From an uncultured Candidatus Nitrosopelagicus sp. (GTDB lineage Archaea > Thermoproteota > Nitrososphaeria > Nitrososphaerales > Nitrosopumilaceae), in assembly GCA_964511265.1 (NCBI GenBank), contig CAZEES010000003.1, forward strand, positions 836 to 64,835: a stretch of DNA of 64,000 bases. Direction: 5' to 3'. Below, piece by piece: positions 49,017 to 58,929 of the stretch. Position 1 is the first letter of the stretch; every line of letters starts with the position of its first letter. The position numbers were made by a program, and so were the translations under genes. The notes below the pieces were generated by a model that saw only the letters and a program-made list of their open reading frames with translations, made no database searches and was not told the DNA's origin.

Positions 49017-50567
49017 ATGAAGATCATATTGGGATTATTCTTTGCATTTGTCTTAACATTTTCAATTGGCAGTGCATTTGGTCACGGTGCAGGAATTGAA
49101 GCATCACCACTAGTTTTTACAAATGACAGACAAGTCAAAGTTACAGTAGAATTACTTCCATCAGACTTTTACAAATCTGATCAAAAGATGATAAAAATTG
49201 ATGCCTACGACCATACAAATCGCGAGACAATCACAAATGTTAGTTTCAAAGTTGAAATTTTTAATGAAGGACAATTATTGTTAGATGAATGGTTTTACAC
49301 ACAAGACGGAATTTTAATTTTAGAAGTTGACCCAGAAATAATTCTAGCAGACAAAAACAGTGTTGAGGTTTTTGGAGAGAAGAATGATTTTGGATTATGG
49401 GAGAAAACTGGAGAGTCACCATTAATAATAGCAGGACCAATTTTTGATAAAGGCGGAATATACACATTCAAAATTACACTTGATGCACAAGATGAGGTTG
49501 GAATAATTAGTGATGAAGAATTCGAGGTGCAAGTAAGTGTGACGGATGTATCACATCATCAGGAAACTGTTGGTCAAAAAGAAACAGAATTTAGAGTAAA
49601 ATCCTACTATGATAAGATTAGCAATTTTGAGTATGACGCTAAAAAGAATATAGCGAAGATTAATTTCCCGTTTGACTTTTCCGAGTCAAACATTTCACAT
49701 ACAAGTGTGGTACATACTGAGATAATGTTTCCAAAAAATACACTCGAATTTCTTTCACCAAATTATTCTGGAACGGCAAATAATATTGAATTATTCAAAT
49801 CATCTATCTTCATAGATGATTATTCTGAGGAAGACAATCGAATAGTTCACTTTGTGTTATTGCCAGATCATCTAAGACACATTAAAAATCAGTTAAAAAA
49901 GACAATGGATGAATTACCAAATTCAGTTGAATTAATTCTTAACAAAGGAGAAGAGATAGAATTTCCACTAAGAACTCTAACACTCAGTGAGGAGTATCAA
50001 GTGGATCTAACATGGGACCCAAAAGTAATCACTCCTGGAGAAAGTATTAGATTCATTTACACATTTAGAGATACAACAGATTTAGGACCAATTAGGAATT
50101 CGGATTATACAATTACATTGTTACAAAATGGTCAAACAATTTTTTCTGAAGACAGATTTGCAAAAATTGGTGCGGATTATACCGACTTTACATTTGCAGA
50201 AGGACAAACAGGTTTGACAGTTGCCAGATTTTCAAACATCTCAGGAAGTGGACAACAGACAGAATTTGCATTTGCAGTTGGATTACAAGTAGATTCATCA
50301 TTAGTTCCGGAATGGGTGAAGAACAATGCAGGATGGTGGGCAGACGGTCAGATACCTGACTCGGCATTCATAGATGGAATTGAATTCTTGATAAAAGATG
50401 GAATAATTGTTGTTTCAGATATGCAGCAAAGTGAGTCACAAACAGATGGGATTCCGGAATGGGTGAAGAACAATGCAGGATGGTGGGCAGACGGTCAGAT
50501 ACCTGACTCGGCATTCATAGATGGAATTGAATTCTTGATAAAAGATGGAATAATAAAAATTAGTTAA
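49017..50567 (+). CDS. Secreted surface protein with two identical C-terminal WW modules
   Basis: AFG-HGAG; paralog of 41105-42757. Confidence 0.8.
   Translation: MKIILGLFFAFVLTFSIGSAFGHGAGIEASPLVFTNDRQVKVTVELLPSDFYKSDQKMIKIDAYDHTNRETITNVSFKVEIFNEGQLLLDEWFYTQDGILILEVDPEIILADKNSVEVFGEKNDFGLWEKTGESPLIIAGPIFDKGGIYTFKITLDAQDEVGIISDEEFEVQVSVTDVSHHQETVGQKETEFRVKSYYDKISNFEYDAKKNIAKINFPFDFSESNISHTSVVHTEIMFPKNTLEFLSPNYSGTANNIELFKSSIFIDDYSEEDNRIVHFVLLPDHLRHIKNQLKKTMDELPNSVELILNKGEEIEFPLRTLTLSEEYQVDLTWDPKVITPGESIRFIYTFRDTTDLGPIRNSDYTITLLQNGQTIFSEDRFAKIGADYTDFTFAEGQTGLTVARFSNISGSGQQTEFAFAVGLQVDSSLVPEWVKNNAGWWADGQIPDSAFIDGIEFLIKDGIIVVSDMQQSESQTDGIPEWVKNNAGWWADGQIPDSAFIDGIEFLIKDGIIKIS
50305..50554. repeat. 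Perfect 103-bp direct repeat (50305-50407 and 50452-50554)
   Basis: Base-by-base identity; period 147 bp. Confidence 0.95.
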
Positions 50568-50776
50568 AAAAATCTTGGTTACTCAAAAGCTGAAACAAAA
50601 CTAGATTCTTCAACTTTTGTTTTTGTACACTTGCATTGAATTGAGGCTTCCCCACACTCGAAGCAGACCAGAAGATTTCCTTTCTTGTAATCGTAAAGTG
50701 ACATTTCCATGTTTATTTACAAAATTTGTATTTAATGCTAATTGGGTACATAGATCACATGGGGCTATAGTGTTTT

Positions 50777-51694
50777 TTATTGTAAAAGCAGACTTAAAAT
50801 TGCTGCACGAGTAAATTTTCCATACTCAGCCTGCTTGAAGTATTTTGCTTGTTTTTTAGAATCAACATCAGTAGAAATTTCATCAATTCTTGGAAGCGGG
50901 TGAAGTAAAATTGCATCTTCTTTCATTTTGTTTACAACATCTTGTCCAATTACATAACTGCCCTTAACTTTGACATATTCTTCTTCATCTGGAAATCTTT
51001 CTTTTTGAATTCTTGTTACATACAAAACATCTAGATCCTCAATACATTCATCCAAGTTTTCAGATTCTGTATATGATAGATTCTCTTTGAGATTGTATGT
51101 AGAGTCACTTCGAATTTTCAAAGACTCGGGTGAAATTAGATGGACATTAACATCATAGTTGCATAATCCATACAATAAAGAATAAACTGTTCGGCCATAC
51201 TTGAGGTCACCAACAATTCCAATGTTTTTTCCATCAATGTTACCTAGTTCCTTTTTTATTGTGTACAAGTCTTGAATTGCTTGTGTTGGATGTTCTTCTG
51301 TTCCACTACCTCCATTTATGACAGGTTTTGTAGATACTTCAGCAGCAAATTTACTGGAGCCATCTAGAGAATGACGCAGGACAATTGCATCAGTGTATCC
51401 AGACATTATTCTTACGGTGTCAGCTAAACTTTCACCTTTCTGAATGGATGATGATGATGCATCTGCGATTCCAAATGATGTTCCTCCAATCAAGGCCATT
51501 GCAGATTGAAAACTAAGTCTAGTTCTAGTACTTGGTTCAAAGAAGAGATAACCCAAGGTTTTGCCTCTAGCTAGCTCACGTCTTTGTTCTGCTTTCATTT
51601 CTATAATTTCATCAGTTTTAGTATAGATTTGTTCAAGATCGTCTTTTGACAAGTCTCGTATAGAGATAATGTTATTTTGAGAAAAATTATTCAT
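50777..51694 (-). CDS. pyrB: Aspartate carbamoyltransferase catalytic subunit
   Basis: FFEPSTRTRLSF, EHPTQ, GDLKYGRTV, LHPLPR; start may be 51706. Confidence 0.97.
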   Translation of the reverse strand: MNNFSQNNIISIRDLSKDDLEQIYTKTDEIIEMKAEQRRELARGKTLGYLFFEPSTRTRLSFQSAMALIGGTSFGIADASSSSIQKGESLADTVRIMSGYTDAIVLRHSLDGSSKFAAEVSTKPVINGGSGTEEHPTQAIQDLYTIKKELGNIDGKNIGIVGDLKYGRTVYSLLYGLCNYDVNVHLISPESLKIRSDSTYNLKENLSYTESENLDECIEDLDVLYVTRIQKERFPDEEEYVKVKGSYVIGQDVVNKMKEDAILLHPLPRIDEISTDVDSKKQAKYFKQAEYGKFTRAAILSLLLQ

Positions 51695-51734
51695 TCTTTG
51701 AATCATATATAGTGGCAGATATACAAACTATTCT

Positions 51735-52208
51735 ATGGAACAATCCGATTTGATAGTCAGGCGTATCAAAGATGGCACAGTAATTGATCATATCAATGAA
51801 GGAAAAGGTCTCAAAGTACTAGAAGCACTAGAAATTGATGGTAGTCGTGGAAATGTCATAACCATTGCTCTAAACATGCCTAGTGGAAAATTAAAGAAGA
51901 AAGACATGATAAAGGTAGAAGGCAGATTTTTAGAAGATGATGATACTAGTAAACTTGCAGTAATTGCACCATCATCGACTGTGAATATTATCAAGAATTA
52001 CAAATTAGTTGAAAAAAGAAGAGTTTCACTTCCAAATGAGATTGACAGGATTTTTAGATGTTCAAACCCCGATTGTATATCAAATAGCAGTGAACATATG
52101 GATTCAATTATGGATGTTATTGATAAAGAGAATCTAGTTCTGAAATGTAGATATTGTAGTAGAATTTTAGATGTGAATAAAATTAATTACAAAAGACCAA
52201 CAATTTAG
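51735..52208 (+). CDS. pyrI: Aspartate carbamoyltransferase regulatory subunit
   Basis: GTVIDHI, KDMIKVE, CSNPDCIS...CRYC. Confidence 0.96.
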   Translation: MEQSDLIVRRIKDGTVIDHINEGKGLKVLEALEIDGSRGNVITIALNMPSGKLKKKDMIKVEGRFLEDDDTSKLAVIAPSSTVNIIKNYKLVEKRRVSLPNEIDRIFRCSNPDCISNSSEHMDSIMDVIDKENLVLKCRYCSRILDVNKINYKRPTI

Positions 52209-52212
52209 TTAA

Positions 52213-54288
52213 TTACGATTTTTTCTTTTTTACTAAATGTGGTTCTTCAGATTTGTATTGATTTTCAGTGAATCTTCTCATTGAACCGAAGGGTTTGAAT
52301 GCACGTCCATTTCCTTTGTAGAATTTTGAGAAAAACTCCACATAGATCAGTCTAGATCCCTGGATTCCGGGTTCAAACACTCCAATTATTATGTTGAATA
52401 GATGCCCGACAACTAAAATAATCGCTCCAAGAGCTGCCAACGGGAGTCCAATGTTAATTGATTTTAAGAAAATGTAATCAATAGTATGAGCAAGTATTAC
52501 TGACGCAAGTAAGATTCCAACCAGTCGTGTATAAGAAAGAACGTGACTCACAATTGTAGCTAATTCCATTATTGCCATTGGACCTTGTCCAAGTATCATC
52601 ATACCAACACCTCCAAAGATTAACCCATAGTATCCAAATGCCATAGGATTGACTTCAATAAGTCGCGGCCATGTCGGATTAATAGCATCGCCATTGATTA
52701 GAGCTAAACCAAGAAGGACAACTCCCCAAGCAAATGCTAACCAACCAGCTTTTCCAATTGCTTCTTTCTTGTCACCTTCTGCAATACATTGTATAATGCC
52801 AATGATAAGACCAAATGAAACAAAGCCAATTCCAATATAGCCAGCAATTAGCAAAAGTTTACTTGCATCATGAATAGGATCAAGAAATGCCTGTGAGGGT
52901 CGATTTAAGATCTCACCTGGTTCTGGAAAACCAGTAATACCAACACTTGCCAGATAATCAAAAACGTAGCCATTTAGGTGAAAACCAAAGTGTAGATCAA
53001 AGATTACTCCTAAGATTATTCCTATTACACAGCCAGGAATCATTGCTTTTGCCAGTTTTACCATTTGCCGTTTCTTCAAAATATTCAACGCAAAACTACG
53101 TAATGGCTTTGGCATAATATTGAAATTACGTTTTCCTTTCTCTACACGCCTAATTACCCATAAACAAACTAGAAGGATGACAAGACAATAACCAGTATCT
53201 CCAATCATTAGACCATAAAAGACTGGAAAGACTAGTGCGAACACCATAGTTGGATCAAATTCTTTGCTTTGCGGTAATGAATAAAATCGAATGAATGCTT
53301 CAAATAATCTGAATTTTGATGGGTTACTCATTAAAGTTGGAGGCATATCTTCAGTTTTCAGTTTGTAGATGGTTACACTGTCAGTAAATTTTTTTAATGT
53401 TGATTCAATCTGTTCAAGTTTTGATTTTGGAGCCCATCCTTCCATTGCAAATGCATCTTTTGTTGCACCAGAATTTGAAATTACTTCCAATTTTTTATTT
53501 TCAATTTGCAGTTGTTCTTCAATTTCGATTAGAGTGGCATAATGGCTTTCAGAGATTTTAGTTAATTCTTTATTAATCTCATCTAGTCGTTGATTTTCTG
53601 ATTGTAGTTTAGTTTTTAAATCTGTGATAATTTTATTTGGCTTACCATTCAAATTTGGTACAACTTCCATCTTTACATCATGTGTTTGGATAATATTTGC
53701 AAATTTATCTGATGGAATTGAGTTAAAGACTACTAAGATCAAGTGTGTAATTTTTTTTTCAGCCTTTGTGTAAAGCATAATGTCTTTCTTATGCACATCT
53801 ATGGATTTCTTAAACTCCTCAAACTTGTCAGATTGGATTCTACCAAAATATGAGGTTGCAGATGTAAGTTTGAGAATCTTCAGATCTTCAGGAAAGAAGC
53901 TAAACTCCTCGACAAGTTTTAGATTATTCTCAGTATCTTTGATTTGAGTTAGGAGTGATTCTTTTTCCTTTTCAAAATTTGCTACAGATTCATCAATATC
54001 AATTGTACTCGCAATTTGCAAAACTTCATCAACAGAATCAAAGCGCTTTTTAGTAGACATTTTGGTTGAGGGCAATACCGTCAGTAATGCTCTAACACGA
54101 AGTAATTCGTCTGAAACATGTCGAGATAAATCATTATCACGCTCACTCTTTAAAATTGCTGAAATATCTTTTGATAATGGTTCTAATTGTAGAACTTCCA
54201 TATCATGTAAAACAGATACAGTAGTTTGCTGGTTTTTTCGTAGACCCAGAATGGCTATTTTAGACATAGGAACTGGTCTTAGAACCAT
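52213..54288 (-). CDS. atpI: V-type-like ATPase subunit I (a), second operon
   Basis: DPT...FPVFYGLMIGDTGY, SHVLSYTRL, RLIYVEFFSKFYKG.G..F.PF. Confidence 0.95.
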   Translation of the reverse strand: MVLRPVPMSKIAILGLRKNQQTTVSVLHDMEVLQLEPLSKDISAILKSERDNDLSRHVSDELLRVRALLTVLPSTKMSTKKRFDSVDEVLQIASTIDIDESVANFEKEKESLLTQIKDTENNLKLVEEFSFFPEDLKILKLTSATSYFGRIQSDKFEEFKKSIDVHKKDIMLYTKAEKKITHLILVVFNSIPSDKFANIIQTHDVKMEVVPNLNGKPNKIITDLKTKLQSENQRLDEINKELTKISESHYATLIEIEEQLQIENKKLEVISNSGATKDAFAMEGWAPKSKLEQIESTLKKFTDSVTIYKLKTEDMPPTLMSNPSKFRLFEAFIRFYSLPQSKEFDPTMVFALVFPVFYGLMIGDTGYCLVILLVCLWVIRRVEKGKRNFNIMPKPLRSFALNILKKRQMVKLAKAMIPGCVIGIILGVIFDLHFGFHLNGYVFDYLASVGITGFPEPGEILNRPSQAFLDPIHDASKLLLIAGYIGIGFVSFGLIIGIIQCIAEGDKKEAIGKAGWLAFAWGVVLLGLALINGDAINPTWPRLIEVNPMAFGYYGLIFGGVGMMILGQGPMAIMELATIVSHVLSYTRLVGILLASVILAHTIDYIFLKSINIGLPLAALGAIILVVGHLFNIIIGVFEPGIQGSRLIYVEFFSKFYKGNGRAFKPFGSMRRFTENQYKSEEPHLVKKKKS

Positions 54289-54617
54289 TATTCAACACCT
54301 TTTAACAAAATTTCTAGGATTTTCTTACTATTCTGTGCATGAATTTCTGAAGTAATATTTTCAGATTTTGTCTTTGCATCTTCAATGAGAGTAGCTGTTT
54401 GAGAAGTTGCATTATTCCTTGCAGTCTCTATGCTAGAATCAACTAGTTCTTCACCTTGTTGTTTTGCAGATGTAATAGCACTTTCTAGATCAGATTGTAA
54501 TTGATTAATTTCAGACTCAATTTTTTTTCTGTAATCTTCAATTTCTTTTTGTGCATTTTCTTCCACTTTTTTGATTTTTTTCAGTGATTGTAAATAGTGT
54601 TCTTGATTTTCCAACAT
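54288..54617 (-). CDS. atpH: V-type-like ATPase subunit H (G)
   Basis: Coiled coil directly before atpI; SD GGAGGA. Confidence 0.75.
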   Translation of the reverse strand: MLENQEHYLQSLKKIKKVEENAQKEIEDYRKKIESEINQLQSDLESAITSAKQQGEELVDSSIETARNNATSQTATLIEDAKTKSENITSEIHAQNSKKILEILLKGVE

Positions 54618-54748
54618 TATAATCCTCCAATGAAATCCTTTGCGAAGAAGAGTCCTAATCCTAGTGCAATTCCAATGTTTGCCATCTTAATTATTACTTT
54701 AATGTAATAGAATTTTTTTTGCTGTGCATTTGCAAAATCAGTCTGCAA
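54617..54748 (-). CDS. Putative 43-aa membrane microprotein between atpD and atpH
   Basis: TTG start 9 nt after GAGGAGG; TAATG overlap with atpH; hydrophobic C-terminus. Confidence 0.45.
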   Translation of the reverse strand: MQTDFANAQQKKFYYIKVIIKMANIGIALGLGLFFAKDFIGGL

Positions 54749-55394
54749 TTATTTTTTCCTCCTCTTTTTCTCTTTCACCCATCTTTCGTTTTACAGTCTT
54801 AAGCATTGTGAAAGTATCGCGTTCCATTTCTTCCAATCTGAAAGTAATGAATTTTACTGCAGACTGTAAATTAGGAATAAACACATTTTCAATTGCGTTA
54901 GCCTTTCGCTTTGTTTTATCAATTTCGTAAAGAAGTTTACGCAATGTCGTTTCTTTTTCTGCTACATCTAATACAATTTTATGAACTTCTTGAAATGCCT
55001 TCATAGCTTCGCTAATTGATACAGGAATCTCTAAGAGATATTCTGTAAGAGCTTGTTCTCTTGTTCCTCCTTCTAATTTCGGAATACTAACTCCCATGAC
55101 ATTTTTTGGCATAATAAGTAATTTTTTTAGTTGAGGTATCTTCATGGCCTCATTTTCTAATCTCATTTCTCCATCAAGCATCTCTGCCATTCTAATACTT
55201 TGATAGCCTTTTTTCAATTCAGATTGTAATTCACTTCGTAATCGTGATGATGCTTTACTAATGCTGAAAAATTCTAAAATCAATGCTTGGCGTTTTAGTT
55301 TTAATAGCTTCAGTCCTTTCTCTGCAATTTTGATTCGTCTTTTTGCACGCAGATATTCAAGCCGTGTTGGGCGAATATCAGAACCAGATGGAAT
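54738..55394 (-). CDS. atpD: V-type-like ATPase subunit D; non-canonical start
   Basis: Frame extends upstream of the tracked ORF to DIRPTRLEYL...GLKLLKLKR; NVMGV.IP, KTKRKANAIE. Confidence 0.9.
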   Translation of the reverse strand: MPSGSDIRPTRLEYLRAKRRIKIAEKGLKLLKLKRQALILEFFSISKASSRLRSELQSELKKGYQSIRMAEMLDGEMRLENEAMKIPQLKKLLIMPKNVMGVSIPKLEGGTREQALTEYLLEIPVSISEAMKAFQEVHKIVLDVAEKETTLRKLLYEIDKTKRKANAIENVFIPNLQSAVKFITFRLEEMERDTFTMLKTVKRKMGEREKEEEKIIAD

Positions 55395-55399
55395 TTTAA

Positions 55400-56809
55400 T
55401 TACCTCCTGTCATGTGATTTTTTCCACCACTGTGTATCAGATTTAGCATATTTTGCAATAAATTCTGGTTTGATTCTAGTAAGGTCAGATTCATCCAAGT
55501 CACTTAGTAATTCCCATCCTAATGCAAGTGTCTGTTCGATTGTGCGGTTTTCATCTATTCCTTGATTGACAAATTTCTGTTCAAAGTTATTTGCTACATC
55601 AAGGAATTTTCTGTCCAAGTCACTTAATGCACCTTCGCCGACAATAGCAGCTAATGCACGTGCATCTTTTCCTTGTGCATAAGCAGAATAAAGTTGGTCT
55701 GCTAGTTGCCTGTGATCTTCTCTTGTTCGTCCTTCACCTATACCTTGATTCATGAGCCGTGACAAACTTGTTAAAACATCAACTGGCGGTTGAACGTTAT
55801 TTCTATGCAATTCTCTACTCATTACTATCTGACCTTCTGTGATGTATCCAGTAAGATCTGGAATTGGGTGTGTGATGTCGTCAGCTGGCATTGTTAAAAT
55901 TGGCAGTTGTGTAACTGAGCCTTTTCTACCCTTAATTTTTCCTGCACGTTCGTAAATGGAAGCTAAATCTGTGTATAGATAACCAGGATATCCTCTTCGA
56001 CCGGGTACTTCTTCTCTAGCTGCAGAGATTTCTCTTAATGCTTCACAATAATTTGTCATGTCTGTCAAAATTACAAGAACATGCATCTCTTTTTCATATG
56101 CAAGATATTCTGCCGTAGTTAATGCCAATCTTGGAGTAAGAATTCTCTCCATTGAAGGATCAGATGAGAGATTTAGAAACAAAACAGTTCTTTCTAGTGC
56201 ACCACTTTCTTCAAATTGTTTTATGAAAAAGTTTGATTCCTCACTAGTGATTCCTATTGCTGCAAAGACCACAGAAAAGTTTTCTTCGGTTCCAAGAACT
56301 TTTGCTTGTCTTGCAATTTGTGATGCAAGAAGATTGTGTGGTAATCCTGATGCAGACATTATTGGAAGTTTTTGTCCGCGTACCAGAGTATTCATTCCGT
56401 CAATATTTGACACGCCAGTTTGAATGAATTCGGATGGTTCCTCTCTAGAATATGGATTTATTCCCGAGCCTACAAGATCATATTTTTCCTTAGAGATAAT
56501 CTTTGGACCATTATCTCTTGGATTTCCAAGTCCATCAAAAACTCGTCCAAGCATTTCATCAGATACTGCCAATGTTGCTGTTTCTCCAAGAAAAGTTGTT
56601 GAAGTGCCAGTAGTTGTTAAACCAAGTGTTTGACCAAATACCTGAACAATAGCTAGTCCTTGACTAGTATCCAACACTTGACCTTGTCTTCTTTCACCGT
56701 TTGGGAGTTTGATTTCTACCATCTCACCGTATGCTGCATCGTCAACACCTTTTACAAAGATTAATGGTCCTGCCACTTTGTCAAGTGATTTGAATGAGAC
56801 ATTAGTCAT
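55400..56809 (-). CDS. atpB: V-type-like ATPase subunit B
   Basis: [43 protein letters not shown]; start MTNVSF. Confidence 0.96.
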   Translation of the reverse strand: MTNVSFKSLDKVAGPLIFVKGVDDAAYGEMVEIKLPNGERRQGQVLDTSQGLAIVQVFGQTLGLTTTGTSTTFLGETATLAVSDEMLGRVFDGLGNPRDNGPKIISKEKYDLVGSGINPYSREEPSEFIQTGVSNIDGMNTLVRGQKLPIMSASGLPHNLLASQIARQAKVLGTEENFSVVFAAIGITSEESNFFIKQFEESGALERTVLFLNLSSDPSMERILTPRLALTTAEYLAYEKEMHVLVILTDMTNYCEALREISAAREEVPGRRGYPGYLYTDLASIYERAGKIKGRKGSVTQLPILTMPADDITHPIPDLTGYITEGQIVMSRELHRNNVQPPVDVLTSLSRLMNQGIGEGRTREDHRQLADQLYSAYAQGKDARALAAIVGEGALSDLDRKFLDVANNFEQKFVNQGIDENRTIEQTLALGWELLSDLDESDLTRIKPEFIAKYAKSDTQWWKKSHDRR

Positions 56810-58571
56810 TACCAGAAGCCTCCACAGATAGACTGCCAAATTCAGTTTTCATGGTAGATTTAATGTTATCAAGTAATTGTTCAAGCTCATCTTCTTTTGT
56901 CCATTTCATTTTTGGAATCATTTTTCTAGATTCAAGGGAGCTGATTTTTGCTGCAGTAATTCCTTTCTTTATACTTTCATCTGCTTTTTTACCAAATTCT
57001 ATTATGGTAGATAGCATTTCTGATTGTTTCTTAATTGATGTGTAAGTATCAACTTCATCAAAGGAATTTTGTTGTAAATAATCTTCTCTAATTGAACGAG
57101 CAGTATCTAAGATGCCTTTTTCTGGTTCAGGTAGTGCATCGTAACCAACTAGCTGCACAATTTCTTGCAGTTCTGATTCTTTTTGTAAGATATCAAGTGC
57201 GGTAGTTCTATTATCTATCCACTCCTTTGAAACATTGGTTCTGTACCAATCAGCCAAGTCATCAACATACAGTGAGTAGCTAGTTAACCAATTGATTGAT
57301 GGGAAATGTCTTCTAGATGCAAGACTAGCATCAAGTCCCCAGAATACACGTGTTACCCTCAATGTGTTTTGTGAAACAGGCTCGGAAAAGTCTCCGCCAG
57401 GTGGTGAAACTGCACCCACTAGAGATAAAGAACCTTGACGGTTTTCAGGAGAAATAACAATACTTTTTCCTCCACGCTCATAGAATTCAGCTAATCTTCT
57501 TCCCAGATATGCAGGATATCCTTCTTCTCCGGGCATTTCCTCTAATCTGCCTGAGATTTCTCTTAATGCTTCTGCCCATCTTGAAGTACTATCAGCCATC
57601 AATGCAACACCATATCCCATGTCACGATAATATTCACCCATTGTAATTCCAGTGTAGACACTTGCTTCTCTTGCTGCTACTGGCATGTTACTTGTATTTG
57701 CAACTAGTATAGTTCGTTCCATTAGAGGTCTCTTTGTTTTTGGATCTTCTAATTTTGGAAATGATGAAAGAACATCACACATTTCATTTCCTCTTTCTCC
57801 ACAACCAACATAGACAATTACTTCACTGTCTGCCCATTTTGCAAGTTGTTGTTGAGTAACTGTTTTTCCACTTCCAAAAGGACCAGGTATAGCAGCGGTT
57901 CCACCTTTTGCAACTGGGAAAAATGTATCAATTACTCGTTGACCTGTAAGTAGTGGCTCTTCTGGAGGAAGTTTTCGAAGTACTGGTCTTGGAATTCTAA
58001 CAGTCCACCAACTTGATAATCCAACATCTGTTGTTTTTCCATTCTTTACAGATGCAATGTTTTCATTTACGTTGAATTGTCCTTCTGATATATCTCCAAG
58101 AGTTCCAGAGATGTTATGTGGGATCATAATTTTGTGTTTGATTAATGGTGTTTCTTGAACTTCACCAATAATATCACCAGGTTCAACTTGATCACCATTC
58201 TTCTTAGTTGGAATGAATTCCCATTTTTTTGTCTGATCTAATGCAGGGATAACTTTTCCTCTACTAATGAAATCTCCACTTTCTTTTTGTAAGACATCTA
58301 ATGGTCTTTGAATGCCGTCATAGATAGACGTCAATAATCCAGGACCTAATTGTAATGAAAGTGGTTTATTCGTATTGACGACTTTCTCGCCTGGTTTAAG
58401 ACCAGTTGTATCTTCATAAACCTGAATCATTGCACTGTTTCCTTCTAGACGAATAATTTCACCAACAAGACCCATTTCACCAATACGTACAATATCAAAA
58501 AGTTGAGCACCATCAAGATCTTTAGCTACTACAACAGGACCAGAAATTCTTGCAACAGTTGAGTCTACCAT
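56802..58571 (-). CDS. atpA: V-type-like ATPase subunit A (catalytic)
   Basis: GPFGSGKT P-loop, [19 protein letters not shown]; no intein. Confidence 0.97.
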   Translation of the reverse strand: MVDSTVARISGPVVVAKDLDGAQLFDIVRIGEMGLVGEIIRLEGNSAMIQVYEDTTGLKPGEKVVNTNKPLSLQLGPGLLTSIYDGIQRPLDVLQKESGDFISRGKVIPALDQTKKWEFIPTKKNGDQVEPGDIIGEVQETPLIKHKIMIPHNISGTLGDISEGQFNVNENIASVKNGKTTDVGLSSWWTVRIPRPVLRKLPPEEPLLTGQRVIDTFFPVAKGGTAAIPGPFGSGKTVTQQQLAKWADSEVIVYVGCGERGNEMCDVLSSFPKLEDPKTKRPLMERTILVANTSNMPVAAREASVYTGITMGEYYRDMGYGVALMADSTSRWAEALREISGRLEEMPGEEGYPAYLGRRLAEFYERGGKSIVISPENRQGSLSLVGAVSPPGGDFSEPVSQNTLRVTRVFWGLDASLASRRHFPSINWLTSYSLYVDDLADWYRTNVSKEWIDNRTTALDILQKESELQEIVQLVGYDALPEPEKGILDTARSIREDYLQQNSFDEVDTYTSIKKQSEMLSTIIEFGKKADESIKKGITAAKISSLESRKMIPKMKWTKEDELEQLLDNIKSTMKTEFGSLSVEASGND

Positions 58572-58578
58572 GATTTCA

Positions 58579-58929
58579 TCAACTTACCTCAATCTTAATC
58601 CCGAGTATTCGCTTTGCTAATGCAGCGATTGACTCTTCTTCTTTACTTTCCTTTTGAGATGGCATAAACAAAACTAATGGTTCAATTGATTCTTCGATGC
58701 TTGACAAAAATGTTGTGGGGAGACTTGAACGGACAGAATCACTTGCTATGATCAAGCCAAATTCTCCAGATGAATAGAGTTCTTGAATTTTTTTACTTGC
58801 TTCATCATCATCTACAATGAAAGTGTCATCAATTCCAATTAGACGATAACCGATAACGAGTTCACGATCTCCAACTATTGCTAATTTGCCAGAAGCATCT
58901 GAGATTTGTTTTGAAAGTTGCTCACTCAA
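58579..58929 (-). CDS. atpF: V-type-like ATPase subunit F
   Basis: AIVGDRELVIGYRLIGI, ILGIKI. Confidence 0.9.
   Translation of the reverse strand: MSEQLSKQISDASGKLAIVGDRELVIGYRLIGIDDTFIVDDDEASKKIQELYSSGEFGLIIASDSVRSSLPTTFLSSIEESIEPLVLFMPSQKESKEEESIAALAKRILGIKIEVS

Noticed and set aside
13943-50554. Perfect direct repeats as CRISPR or IS ends
   Set aside because: Only two copies each, in frame inside genes, no spacers, cas genes or transposase.
55410-55430. Selenocysteine or TGA read-through giving atpD a GTG start
   Set aside because: No SECIS-like element seen and the extension is not D-like; ATT start or an indel is simpler.
31918-58571. Inteins in nrdJ or atpA
   Set aside because: Lengths and motif spacing are normal; no intein splice motifs seen.
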